Assembly: GCA_010093605.1 (NCBI GenBank)
Contig: MU004193.1
Span: 689,520-753,519 of the forward strand
Reading direction: 5' to 3'
DNA length: 64,000 nt
DNA from: Lophium mytilinum
Taxonomy: Eukaryota
Positions within the stretch are counted from its first letter, which is position 1, and every line of letters begins with the position of its first letter. Below, piece by piece: positions 63,431 through 64,000 of this stretch. A model generated the notes under the pieces. That model searched no databases and was not told the DNA's origin. It saw only the letters and a program-made list of their open reading frames with translations. The position numbers and the translations under genes were made by a program.

Positions 63431-64000
63431 CTAATATCTAGAGCCTATATATAAGAGGAAAAGGGAGCTTTTTATTTCTACCTGCTACTTTCTAGGCTTT
63501 ATAAATAAGAAGTAATAAGAAAAAAGACTAATAGTATTATATAAATTTAAAAGTTATACTATAAATTTCTAATATACCTTAGCTATAAAAGAAGATAATA
63601 TTAGCACCCCTTTAGACTTTATATATATAAATAGAAAGCGAATTATATAGATATAGGTATTAGACTAACTTTCTATAGAAGAAAATATCTATCTACCTTA
63701 GTAATTAGCTTAATACTATAATTCTAATTATAGAGTTAAGCCCCTAAAAATAGTAAAGGACCTATAGCTTCTATAATTTCTAGTACTTAAGTATTTCTAC
63801 GCTTAAAAGCATGTAGAATAGAAGTAAAACGCCGGTTACTAGTAGGTTAAGTAGCAAGAATTAAACGCCGCTAAATATAATAGCCCTCTATATAAAGACA
63901 ACGGCCTATTAAGGTAATATTCTTACTTATAGGAATTCTAGAGCGCAGTATATATAATAAGATGAATAGTATAGTATAGACAGGATAATTATAATTTAGG

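Larger units (their letters stand above)
6860..64000. other. AT-rich RIP-mutated compartment (>57 kb, runs off the window end)
   Basis: Abrupt loss of CpA/TpG and most CpG, with excess TpA (TAG, CTA, TATA). Almost no ORF >=60 aa. Stops inside relic frames are nearly all TAA/TAG, as expected from CAA/CAG/CGA/TGG. Differences among internal repeat copies are C>T/G>A transitions. Confidence 0.97.

Noticed and set aside
6860..64000. Telomere or centromere, organellar DNA, or alternative genetic code as explanation for the AT-rich block
   Set aside because: TTAGGG/CCCTAA occur only as scattered RIP by-products. The dinucleotide bias and transition-only LTR differences fit RIP, not mtDNA or stop-codon reassignment. 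A centromeric role cannot be judged from sequence alone.

Overview
Genomic DNA from a filamentous ascomycete, probably a Dothideomycete judging by combined CpA and CpG RIP. The window has two sharply separated compartments. (1) About 1-6.85 kb is GC-balanced and holds four intact genes: a partial PAN/apple plus carbohydrate-binding-like protein, a TLC-domain ceramide synthase, a Bax-inhibitor BXI1-type gene and a nitronate monooxygenase. It also holds a 277-bp TA-flanked MITE. (2) From about 6.9 kb to the window end (>57 kb) the DNA is AT-rich, CpA/TpG/CpG-depleted and TpA-rich, i.e. destroyed by repeat-induced point mutation (RIP). Only about 8 kb of this block is a classical TE: a complete RIPped Ty3/Gypsy chromovirus (19256-27137, TSD TAGAT, apparently self-priming) and an almost unmutated solo LTR of the same family (27340-27541, TSD CTAGG). 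The rest is a dense array of fossil non-transposon genes. By reversing RIP by hand I can read a divergent kinesin-14-like gene (repetitive coiled coil plus C-terminal motor), a Myb-like/histone-H1-like gene with tandem KKRGRK repeats, a C2H2 zinc-finger gene and several repeat-containing orphan ORFs. This points to a formerly multicopy, gene-carrying giant element (Starship-like) or a large segmental duplication. I found no tyrosine-recombinase 'captain' in the window. All de-RIP translations were done manually and relic coordinates are approximate.
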